DNA from: Candidatus Omnitrophota bacterium
GTDB taxonomy: Bacteria > Omnitrophota > Gorgyraeia > Duberdicusellales > 4484-171
DNA: 64,000 nt
Direction: 5' to 3'
Assembly: GCA_037146775.1 (NCBI GenBank)
Contig: JBAWWL010000007.1
Span: 65,536 to 129,535, forward strand
Shown here: in pieces, positions 46,897 to 55,572 of the stretch
How the letters are laid out: every line of letters begins with the position of its first letter
Position numbering within the stretch: position 1 is the stretch's first letter
Made by a program: the position numbers and the translations under genes
Notes under the pieces: generated by a model
The model's database searches: none
The model's input: only the letters and a program-made list of their open reading frames with translations
What the model was told of the DNA's origin: nothing

Positions 46897-48141
46897 ATGA
46901 AAAACTTTTTTAAAGTATTCCTAGCCATTTTCCTTATGGCGGCATTTTCATACACAAGCTACGAAATTTCCAGATTATCCAATCGTCTTCAAAGGATAGA
47001 AAATAAACTTGGCGGTTCCAAGAGGATATCTTGTAACGAAAAAGATACTGTAAAAAGAGTACGCCAATCAGTGGTTCGCATCGTCGGCGGTGACGGTGAA
47101 GGATCGGGTTTTGCGATCAAAAAGGATGGTTTCATCTTAACTAATTTTCACGTCATTAGTACCGAGCCGAGTCCGAAGGTTATATTACCGGATGATACTT
47201 TCGAAACAGCCCAGGTTATCATGGCAGATAAGGAAGCAGACCTTGCTATTCTTAAGATCCGAAGAGACCTTCCGGTGGTGAGGTTTGTGCGTCTTAACGA
47301 GTTAAGCGCCGCAGAAGAACTCTTAGCTATAGGATATCCACTCGGGGGCGACTTGCCTGGTGAATCATTCGTTGTCCGTGGATCATTTTCAAGGCCTACC
47401 ACAAACAAGAAAGATGGTATGCGGTATGTTTTAACTGATATGACCATGGTTTCTGGGCTAAGCGGTGGTCCGATGGTAAATATCTGCGGAGAAGTGGTTG
47501 GAATTAACACCGCAGGGTTATCACCAGGAGGGATAGGTATAGCCATAGCATCTGATTCGATATTTGAGAGGTGCCGCCAGATGTTTGCCTCAAAAAACCC
47601 ACTCAAAGACGTAACGAAAATAGTTTTTGAACCTAATAAGAACGCACTTGAGGCTGTCAGGGCTTTTTATAATTATCTTAAAGTTCGGAGTATGGAAAAA
47701 GCTTTTGAGCTTTTGTCCGATAACTTTGTCATGGGATATAGCTTTGAGCATTGGGTGCGTGGATACCGGCCACTTCTCGATAATACACTTATCTTGATTA
47801 AGCCTGACAAAGAAATAGCTAACAGAATAAACATTAAGCTATCTACCAAAGACTTGATTGATGATGAGATTGTATGTAAATATTTCGAAGGTTATTGGGA
47901 TGTCCGGCAGGTAAGCGGAAAATGGCTGCTCTGGGAACCAAGTATCAGGGAAGTTAAAGAGCCTGGCGAGGACTGGTTTGTAGACCAGGATCGTAAAAAA
48001 GAAATAGAGGAATTTATAAAAACCCACGAAGATTTTAAGGAATATTGGCCTACGATGTATGAAATATGGCAGAAACCTGGTAACGAAAGCCTAAGCCTGC
48101 AGGAACTTTATGATAAAGCCAAAGAAAGAGAAAATAAGTAA
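46897..48141 (+). CDS. membrane-anchored trypsin-like serine protease (no PDZ)
   Basis: GSGF, LTNFHV, DLAIL, GLSGGP. Confidence 0.88.
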   Translation: MKNFFKVFLAIFLMAAFSYTSYEISRLSNRLQRIENKLGGSKRISCNEKDTVKRVRQSVVRIVGGDGEGSGFAIKKDGFILTNFHVISTEPSPKVILPDDTFETAQVIMADKEADLAILKIRRDLPVVRFVRLNELSAAEELLAIGYPLGGDLPGESFVVRGSFSRPTTNKKDGMRYVLTDMTMVSGLSGGPMVNICGEVVGINTAGLSPGGIGIAIASDSIFERCRQMFASKNPLKDVTKIVFEPNKNALEAVRAFYNYLKVRSMEKAFELLSDNFVMGYSFEHWVRGYRPLLDNTLILIKPDKEIANRINIKLSTKDLIDDEIVCKYFEGYWDVRQVSGKWLLWEPSIREVKEPGEDWFVDQDRKKEIEEFIKTHEDFKEYWPTMYEIWQKPGNESLSLQELYDKAKERENK

Positions 48142-48199
48142 TAATCAAAACTTTAATACTCAATGGGTTTTACTTTTAACGTTTTAGCAATTTGAAACA

Positions 48200-48403
48200 A
48201 TGAGAAAACTGATAGGTATAAAAGAACTTTCTGGACAGCTTGGTATCCCCGTAGGCACTATCTACTCATGGACTTCTATGAAGGTAATCCCACATTATAA
48301 GATAGGGCGCCTTGTAAAGTTTGAAGAAGTAGAAATCGAAAAGTGGCTTGAAGAAAGAAAGCAGCAAGTATCTAAGTTTGCCGATGAATATTGGGATAAA
48401 TAG
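48200..48403 (+). CDS. excisionase/AlpA-like HTH protein
   Basis: IKELSGQLGIPVGTIYSW....IPHYKIGRLVKF...IEKWL. Confidence 0.85.
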   Translation: MRKLIGIKELSGQLGIPVGTIYSWTSMKVIPHYKIGRLVKFEEVEIEKWLEERKQQVSKFADEYWDK

Positions 48404-48496
48404 GTTTATTATGGTTTTTTATTCTTGGAGCTCGATAAAAAGCTTTACAATGGGAACGAAAAGTGTAATATAAAAACAAACCACAAAGGAGGAATT

Positions 48497-48901
48497 ATGC
48501 AAAAAATATGTTGTTTTATGCTGAGTGTTTTGTGTTTATTAGGATGTTCAACCGCCGGTTCTCATCTAAAATCGGTCCAGTCAGATGCTGGGGACAGGGT
48601 GACTGTAGGAAAAGTTCAGCGAGAAATTCGCATCGGTATGTCCTCTGCTCAGGTTATTGAAGTATTAGGTTCGCCTAACATCGTTTCTACAGATGAAAAT
48701 AGGTTAGAGGTGTGGGTTTATGATAAAATTGCTACTGATATATCTTATTCAAATAGCAACGGCGGTGTCTGGTTGATACTTGGAAGTGTTGGTGGAAATT
48801 CGGGGGCGACTTCAACTTCACAGAGAACGCTGACCATTGTTATTAAGTTTGATGCGGACAAAAAAGTTCGTGATTTTGCGTATCATTCTTCTAGTTTCTA
48901 A
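48497..48901 (+). CDS. SmpA/BamE-like lipoprotein
   Basis: LLGC lipobox; IGMS..QV...LGSP..WVY. Confidence 0.78.
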   Translation: MQKICCFMLSVLCLLGCSTAGSHLKSVQSDAGDRVTVGKVQREIRIGMSSAQVIEVLGSPNIVSTDENRLEVWVYDKIATDISYSNSNGGVWLILGSVGGNSGATSTSQRTLTIVIKFDADKKVRDFAYHSSSF

Positions 48902-48910
48902 AATAATAGA

Positions 48911-49447
48911 ATGAAAAAAATACCCAGACTTTTAAAATCACTTTTTTTCATGTTTGTATGTTTAGGTATATCAGGTTGTGTCACTGTCCCAACTGGATTC
49001 TTGAAACCCAATAAAGATTATCTAGAAAAGAGACAATTACAGATAAGACAATATGATACAACCGATCAGGAAAAGATTATAACTTCCGTTGCCGGGGTTT
49101 TACAAGATTTGGGTTTTACTTTGGATGCAAGTGAAACGCAAGTCGGTTTTATCGCAGCTTCAAAAAAAGCTGATGCAACAAACTTGGGCCAAGTTTTCTT
49201 TGTAGCATTGCTGGGTGGTGCTAACGCTGTTGGAAGCTGCGATAAGTCCCAAATTATTAAAGCTTCAGTTATTACTAAGCCTGGCTTAGATGGCAAGAAA
49301 ACAGTTGTCCGGGTTACATTCCAACGAGTTGTATGGAATATGCGAGGTGAAATTAGTAGGGTGGAAACTCTTAAAGAACCAGTACTGTATCAAAATTTTT
49401 ACGATAGCTTATCTAAGGCAATATTTTTGGAGGCCCAGCAAATATGA
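48911..49447 (+). CDS. lipoprotein (paralog of the next gene)
   Basis: ISGC lipobox; RQYDTTD..LQDLGF..YQNFY..L.KAIFL. Confidence 0.8.
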   Translation: MKKIPRLLKSLFFMFVCLGISGCVTVPTGFLKPNKDYLEKRQLQIRQYDTTDQEKIITSVAGVLQDLGFTLDASETQVGFIAASKKADATNLGQVFFVALLGGANAVGSCDKSQIIKASVITKPGLDGKKTVVRVTFQRVVWNMRGEISRVETLKEPVLYQNFYDSLSKAIFLEAQQI

Positions 49448-49878
49448 AGAAATTAAGAAATTATTTTGGCACCATTTTTGTTTTATTAATGATTGTTATA
49501 TTGTCTGGATGCGCAACTACTGCCGCAAATGCGCTTATGAGTAAAGAAAGCCAGGTAAAACTAAGAAGTATTCAGACAAGAGCCTTTGATACAACTGATA
49601 AGAAGAAAATGATGCAAACGGTAATAAGTACAATGCAAGACTTAGATTTTGTTATTGATAAAGCCGATTTTATGCTCGGGTCTGTTACTGGTTCAAAGTT
49701 TCTCGGATATGAGGTTGTTGCTATGACTGTAACTGTAAGACCTAAAGGCGAAAAACAATTGTTAGTAAGAGCAAACGCGCAATATGGGATTAAATCCGTA
49801 GAAGATCCTGTAACCTACCAAGATTTCTTTACTGCTTTAGAAAAAGCCATATTTTTAACAGCCCAACAAGTTGACTAG
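49444..49878 (+). CDS. lipoprotein
   Basis: LSGC lipobox; RAFDTTD..MQDLDF..YQDFF..LEKAIFL. Confidence 0.8.
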   Translation: MKKLRNYFGTIFVLLMIVILSGCATTAANALMSKESQVKLRSIQTRAFDTTDKKKMMQTVISTMQDLDFVIDKADFMLGSVTGSKFLGYEVVAMTVTVRPKGEKQLLVRANAQYGIKSVEDPVTYQDFFTALEKAIFLTAQQVD

Positions 49879-49902
49879 TAATAAATTTCCCTTAAGAATG
49901 GC

Positions 49903-50220
49903 AAATATCCACCCAAAAGAGGCGGACATGCCTTATCTATCTCTGCTATAACTAATTACGCCAATTTATCTCTTAAAATTACGGACATTCTGGACAAATA
50001 TCGCCGATAAGTAAATCTTTTAAGGCCGCAATTTCCTTGTTATTTACTCAAATTATGTCTATATTAATAGCTGTAGCAGCAAGAGATTTTTTTGGTACTG
50101 TGTCATTCAAGCGGAGTTTGCCTTTTTAGTCCTCTGTGATAATATATTGCCAGCCTCGTCGCAAGGTGTCGGCTAGGCCAACAGGCCACCCTGCTGGGTA
50201 GAGGTGGCAGAGGGTTTTAT
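49903..50220 (+). repeat. family B copy 3 plus promoter-in-terminator module copy 4
   Basis: AAAAGAGGCGGACATGCCTTATCTATCTCTG...; TTGCCT(50118)-N16-TAATAT; CAGAGGGTTTT. Confidence 0.9.
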
Positions 50221-50253
50221 TTTTTTGGATATAAAGCAAAAAGGAGGTTAGGT

Positions 50254-50511
50254 ATGCAAGAGCAAGAGATCGGAGCCGTTGACCATTTCTTTAGTAAGAT
50301 TTCTGTCGGCATAATCAAGCTAAGCGGCGTGCTTAAGCTGGGAGATACTATTCATATCAAGGGTAAACAGGCGGATTTTTCTCAAAAGGTCGAGTCGATG
50401 CGGATAGAGTTCAATAACGTGACCGAGGCAAAAGAGGGCGATAAGGTAGGTATAAAAGTCATACAGCCTCTTCACGCCAACGATAAAGTATACAAGGTGC
50501 TTGACGCATAG
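50254..50511 (+). CDS. small EF-Tu domain II-like beta-barrel protein
   Basis: IG.V.HFFSKI.VG...LK.GDTIHIKG...FSQ.VESM...AK.GD.VGIKV. Confidence 0.8.
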   Translation: MQEQEIGAVDHFFSKISVGIIKLSGVLKLGDTIHIKGKQADFSQKVESMRIEFNNVTEAKEGDKVGIKVIQPLHANDKVYKVLDA

Positions 50512-50754
50512 AAACTACCAGGGGCCAGTCCCGCTGCGGCAACTGCGGCTTCTGCCAGTAGTGAGCAAGACGCAACAATCCAAGGCCTGGCAAGCGGTCT
50601 GACCGACTCCCATGGTTCGCTGGACGCCGATTTGCTTAAAAAAGCCGTGGATGCAATTTGTGCCCAGCAGGGTTTTAAAAACCATACCCTGGTAACGCAA
50701 ATTAGAACCTCTTCAGATGAAATCGTAGCAGAACTGTGGCCATCAGAACCGAGG

Positions 50755-50816
50755 CAATAGAGAACCGCTATATAATTTCTCGGTATCTTCAAGCATCAAC
50801 CAGTTGTAAAATTCGT
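50755..50816. mobile_element. third (truncated) attR-like tail
   Basis: CATCAACCAGTTGTAAAATTCGT; minus frame EFYNWLMLEDTEKLY; tRNA-like part missing. Confidence 0.5.
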
Positions 50817-51083
50817 AATGAGACTTGGATTTTTTTACAAAAAAATCTTTAGTCGAATTATCCTCGAAGAGGATCCAGCCTATACGAGCAAGGGGGTAGT
50901 CAATTTTTTGCACTTGACCAATATTTACCATGGCAGTATCATTTTATTTCACTAGCTATAAAGACGTGGTTGATAGATGGGGATAGGGTGGTGAAGCGTG
51001 AGGTAGATAAAATAATGTCTATTGCCAAGGCTTGACCCGTTATCGCCTCCACGTTTTTCAAGCTAAGCGAATAATCAGAAAAT

Positions 51084-52499
51084 ATGATGCGTAAAAAATA
51101 TTACCTATTTTTTGCCGGTATGGCCATAAGTTTATTGACGATTTCCGGCCAGGCTTTGGCTTGGGAAAGTAGCTCAACCGGCTGGTGCACTGACGCTAAT
51201 GGCCGTAACTTTCGTTGTTCAGACGCTCCTTCAGGGGGCGGAGGGGGCAGCGGCGCAAGCGATGGAGCAAGCTTAGCCCCCTTACAAGGCGCAGTCCAGG
51301 GCGCGGTAAATTCTATGGTTAATGTCTGGGTGGCTGAACAGCAGCGTAGGGCTAATGAGGCGTTTAATACCAACGAAACAGCGAACCAGTATTATGCGGA
51401 CGGAGATTTTGTCACTGCTATCCAATATTACGAAAGGGCAGCAAGTCTCAACCCTAACGACGCAGTTATCAGGAATAACTTAAAAAATGCGCGGGCAGCC
51501 AGGGCGCGCCAAATTTACGAATTAGCTTATAGGGAGGATGATGAGCAGGCACGGCTGAAATATTATGAGGAAGCGGTAAGGCTTGACCCTTTGCCGGAAT
51601 ACACGCAAAGCCTAAATGTTTTACGGGAGTCCCTGGAACGAAAACGAATGTGGCAGAAAGAAAAAGACGAATTTACTTCAGCGCGCGCGAAGGCGGGCAA
51701 CGTGCTTGACGGTATAGTGTCTAAGCTCGGTGAACAATCTAAGCCGATGCACGCTCCCGGTTCAACGGCTGAGCTTGAATTTATCACCGAGAAAGAGCCG
51801 GTTATTTCTAAGGGTAGTATAACTTCTGCACCGGTCGAGCTTCCCGAAAAAGCAGTACCTCTGGATTTAAAAGCAGGTCAGCCGGAAAAAGGGCTGGTAA
51901 CTAAAGATGTACCTATACCTGAAGTAATACCGCAATGGGATCCTCTAAGCGCTAAAACCCCGGGTGAAATTGTTTTAAGAGCCCTTGAGAAAGGAAAAAT
52001 CGATGGCAAAATGGGTCCCAGCAATCTCGATGCCAGCATTAACTATTTGGAGAATTATCTTAAGACGGGAAATCCCAATAACATTAAGGTTAAGCAAGCA
52101 GTAAGCTATCTGGAGGGGATGCGGGAAAGGGCAAAGCTGGATGAGCCGGATAAAAAGCCAAATCCCTTTGAACCTAGCCCGGATGACTCCCGTTATTTAT
52201 TGGAAGCAATCACCGGAAAAAAAATTCCAGAATGGCCGGGTGAAAAAAATCCTCAAGCTAAGCCTTTTGGTCGCAACCCGTTAGATTGGCGTAAACAAAG
52301 AAACCAGGCCTTGCTTGAGGCTTTAAAAACAAATCAAGGGGATTGGGATAAAACCGCGCTTTATTTAGAAAAAAAGATTGCCGCGGACGCTATCGGTGTT
52401 GATGATGCCAGTCGTAACGCCCTGCAATATCTGCAGGCTTACAGCAGTTACGAAGATTTTTCTTTAAAGCAAAGTAAGCCCCAACAAATTAAAAAATAA
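51084..52499 (+). CDS. secreted TPR-containing protein
   Basis: signal peptide, Gly linker, AIQYYERAASLNP. Confidence 0.8.
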   Translation: MMRKKYYLFFAGMAISLLTISGQALAWESSSTGWCTDANGRNFRCSDAPSGGGGGSGASDGASLAPLQGAVQGAVNSMVNVWVAEQQRRANEAFNTNETANQYYADGDFVTAIQYYERAASLNPNDAVIRNNLKNARAARARQIYELAYREDDEQARLKYYEEAVRLDPLPEYTQSLNVLRESLERKRMWQKEKDEFTSARAKAGNVLDGIVSKLGEQSKPMHAPGSTAELEFITEKEPVISKGSITSAPVELPEKAVPLDLKAGQPEKGLVTKDVPIPEVIPQWDPLSAKTPGEIVLRALEKGKIDGKMGPSNLDASINYLENYLKTGNPNNIKVKQAVSYLEGMRERAKLDEPDKKPNPFEPSPDDSRYLLEAITGKKIPEWPGEKNPQAKPFGRNPLDWRKQRNQALLEALKTNQGDWDKTALYLEKKIAADAIGVDDASRNALQYLQAYSSYEDFSLKQSKPQQIKK

Positions 52500-52500
52500 T

Positions 52501-54519
52501 ATGAAAAAGTTTTTTGTATGCGTGGCGGTTTTTTTATTCGCGGTTGTTCTCGCAAAGAGCCTGCCAGCCCAGAGCAATGATTCCGTCTTATCCAAAGAGG
52601 CAAAGGAGCATTTTGACGCGGGCTTAAACGCAGCTCAGAATAAGCAATGGCCTCAGGCAATTACCCATTTTGGCCAGGCGCAGAAGCTTGCGCCGTTATC
52701 TTCGGAGGTATTATTTAATCTGGCACTTGCCTATGATAAATCCGGAAATTGCGAATTAGTAGCAATTCCCTGGTATAAGGCATATCTTGTTTTAGCCAAA
52801 GATGCTTCGCGTACGGAGGCGGTACGTACAAGAATAAAAGAACTAGAGGCTAAAGTAGCTACGGATATTCGCGGGATACTTGCCTGGAGTATTCAGGTAG
52901 TTGACGGGTATGTAGGGGAATATAAAGATAATCCTCAGTTTGCCTCTTATTCAGAAATATCCAAGGTCCAGGCCCAGGTCGGCGATATAGAAGGTGCTTG
53001 TAAGACCGCCTCTATGCTGCCGCCGTCATATAAGAAGACAATGAAACCGCGTTTTGATAATTTACTAGCCATAGCGCTTGATAATGATGATTTAGAAAAA
53101 GCGCAGGCAATATATGCGCGTATGACCGGCGATGATTCTATAAAATTCAGCGCAAACTTTCAGATGTATGATTTTTATCTTAAAAAGCAGGATACCCAAC
53201 GTTCCAATGAATTCTTAGTCAAAGCGGAAAATTTGGCCCCGCGTGTTACGCCTGCCACCAATAAATACAGCGTCTATACCAACTTGGCAAAGATTAAGAC
53301 CCAATCGGGTGATGTGGCTGCTTGCAGCCGTTATCTTTCGCTAGCCAGAGAGATTATCCCAAAGTTAGAATTTCCTTATTTTCCAGAAAGCACCCAAGAA
53401 AGCCGGGCACTTTATTACGCTATGTTTTTAGATGAGCAAATTGCAGATAAAGATATTGCGGGTATCGCCCAAACTACAGAAGAGGCAATCGCCAAGACAC
53501 AAAGTATAACCGGTGATAGTTCTAAAGATAGACAAAGAGTGAATATGTTTTGTAAGATTGTGCGGTCTCTGGCAAATTCAGGGAATATGGAGGAGGCAAA
53601 AAGAGTATTTGCTTTGGCCGATAAGCAGAAGTTTTGGGTTACCGATGAGCTAAGGCAGCGTAAAAAAAAGTTGTCCGAAACTCAAGGTCTTGAAAATTTT
53701 GACGAAGAAAAAAAGCTGATTGAAGAAATAGGTGCAAAAAATAGTATTGTCGGCCCTTTTGCCGCGGCCGAAGCAAGCATGGGCGATATAAAGGCTGCCC
53801 GCTCAACCATTGCCAACATGCCGACATTCGATGTAACTAAAGATGAATTATTCCAGCCCCAAGCCTGCCTAGGAGTCGTTGAAGCTTTAACACAAAAAGG
53901 CGATATCGCAAATAGTTGGGAATTTGCCGCTTTGACAAACAGCGAATATTACAAGATGACCGCCTATAAATTAATTGCCTTGGCAGCGATTAAAGCGGGA
54001 GATTTTAATACTGCCCAAAAGGCAATAAACTTAATGAATCCCGTTGAAGAAAAAGATCAGGCAAAAAAATATTTTCTCCTTGAGCACATTAATAGGGAAC
54101 GGGATATAGCCTTAAAAGAACTTGTCTTAGCGCAAAATGCTAAAAGTGATTTTACCGCCAGTCGTCAAACGTGCCATGGCATCAATAGCTTCGGGGATAG
54201 GTTTGCTACCTACAAAAAAATTGCCGTTTTGCAGTTAAAAGATGCGCGCCCCCTAACTGTTGCAGGTTCTCTTAAAAATGACGAGTTAGAGGCAAAATTT
54301 TGGTCAGAAATCGCACTTCGTAACAGCCAGATACCGTTTTTTATTGATATGCCGGGTTTTTTAAAAACGCTCAAAGAACGTGTCCCGAATGAAATTATGC
54401 AATATCAAAACCCTACCGATGTCGTCACCGGCCTTACCAGCGCAGTCAGTGCTACGGATTACGCCTTAAGGGAAAAACGGATAATGGAGCAATATTGGGA
54501 TAGCCGTAAAAAAGATTAA
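52501..54519 (+). CDS. secreted TPR/helical-repeat protein
   Basis: signal peptide; N-terminal TPRs; 1 nt after the previous stop. Confidence 0.8.
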   Translation: MKKFFVCVAVFLFAVVLAKSLPAQSNDSVLSKEAKEHFDAGLNAAQNKQWPQAITHFGQAQKLAPLSSEVLFNLALAYDKSGNCELVAIPWYKAYLVLAKDASRTEAVRTRIKELEAKVATDIRGILAWSIQVVDGYVGEYKDNPQFASYSEISKVQAQVGDIEGACKTASMLPPSYKKTMKPRFDNLLAIALDNDDLEKAQAIYARMTGDDSIKFSANFQMYDFYLKKQDTQRSNEFLVKAENLAPRVTPATNKYSVYTNLAKIKTQSGDVAACSRYLSLAREIIPKLEFPYFPESTQESRALYYAMFLDEQIADKDIAGIAQTTEEAIAKTQSITGDSSKDRQRVNMFCKIVRSLANSGNMEEAKRVFALADKQKFWVTDELRQRKKKLSETQGLENFDEEKKLIEEIGAKNSIVGPFAAAEASMGDIKAARSTIANMPTFDVTKDELFQPQACLGVVEALTQKGDIANSWEFAALTNSEYYKMTAYKLIALAAIKAGDFNTAQKAINLMNPVEEKDQAKKYFLLEHINRERDIALKELVLAQNAKSDFTASRQTCHGINSFGDRFATYKKIAVLQLKDARPLTVAGSLKNDELEAKFWSEIALRNSQIPFFIDMPGFLKTLKERVPNEIMQYQNPTDVVTGLTSAVSATDYALREKRIMEQYWDSRKKD

Positions 54520-54558
54520 GAGAAAAGAATTATGAAAAATTCCGAGAATGAGGATACC

Positions 54559-54620
54559 GGAGCCAGACTCCAAAATTAAAAATTAGCCTAATGTTCGATA
54601 ATCCACTTGACGAATTTTAA
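54559..54620 (+). repeat. family A stub
   Basis: GGAGCCAGACTCCAAAATTAAAAATTAGCCTAATGTTCGATAATCCACTTGACGAATTTTAA. Confidence 0.75.
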
Positions 54621-54959
54621 TAAGATGAAGGGGCCGGCGCAAAAATTATATAAAACATTCTAAAGCGTAGAGAACATTGTTTCTCTGCCAACGATTTAGC
54701 TTCTTATACCGCTGATCGTTTTGTCAAACTTCAAGTATCCACAAAAAAATAGATATTTAAACATCTAGGAGTATAATATCGACAGAACAGTTATTGAAGG
54801 ATCGTTGTTTTAACTCACCATATACCCGGATATAATATTTGTACCGTGCGGGTTTCGTGTGGCGGTAAAACAAAAGCAAGAGGCGGGGTAGGCTATTAAG
54901 TATCGGAGAATTAGTTACGAGTTGCAAGCTTGTAAGGGGCAAAAAAAGGAGGAATTGAA

Positions 54960-55133
54960 ATGAATAGCTGTATGAGATGCGGAGAGAAATTATCACACAA
55001 TTATTTGGTAACAGTATTTACGATTGTAAATGAAAAAAGAAAAAGAGTCTTGGTATGTTTAAAATGTAAAGAAATTTTAGATAAAAAAGAAAAACCAAGT
55101 ATTCCCGCCCCAAAAAGTTGTGTCGGTTCTTAA
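54960..55133 (+). CDS. 57-aa Zn-finger protein
   Basis: AGGAGG RBS; MNSCMRCG...VCLKCK; absent from the ORF track. Confidence 0.6.
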   Translation: MNSCMRCGEKLSHNYLVTVFTIVNEKRKRVLVCLKCKEILDKKEKPSIPAPKSCVGS

Positions 55134-55235
55134 GAGAGTTTTTCCTTCCGTTTTAATGATGAGGGTTCCCTCTGGATATAACATTTACGCCGTGTGACCT
55201 TTTATCCCGGGAATTAAAAAAAGAAATAAAAAATA

Positions 55236-55478
55236 ATGGCTGATATAAAGTCGAACGATCCGCTCCATGGTGTTACCTTAAAGATGATACTTACTGATTT
55301 GGAGCAGTGGTACGGCTGGAAGGAGTTGGGAGAAAATATCAATGTTAGATGCTTTACGAATGAACCAAGCCTTACCTCGAGCCTAAAGTTTTTAAGAAAA
55401 ACGCCTTGGGCGAGGAAAAAGGTAGAAGATTTTTACGTTAGAGCTTTAATGCACCACCATCCAAGAAGTAATATCTGA
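55236..55478 (+). CDS. VF530/DUF2132-family protein
   Basis: PLHGVTL..IL..L...YGW..L...I...CF...[18 protein letters not shown]. Confidence 0.9.
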   Translation: MADIKSNDPLHGVTLKMILTDLEQWYGWKELGENINVRCFTNEPSLTSSLKFLRKTPWARKKVEDFYVRALMHHHPRSNI

Positions 55479-55572
55479 ACAAAATAAGATCAAATATCCA
55501 CACGAAGGATCTAGGAGCCATCGATAGTAATCCGCAAGAAGCATGTTCCTCGGTTAATAGGAGTAGTATATA

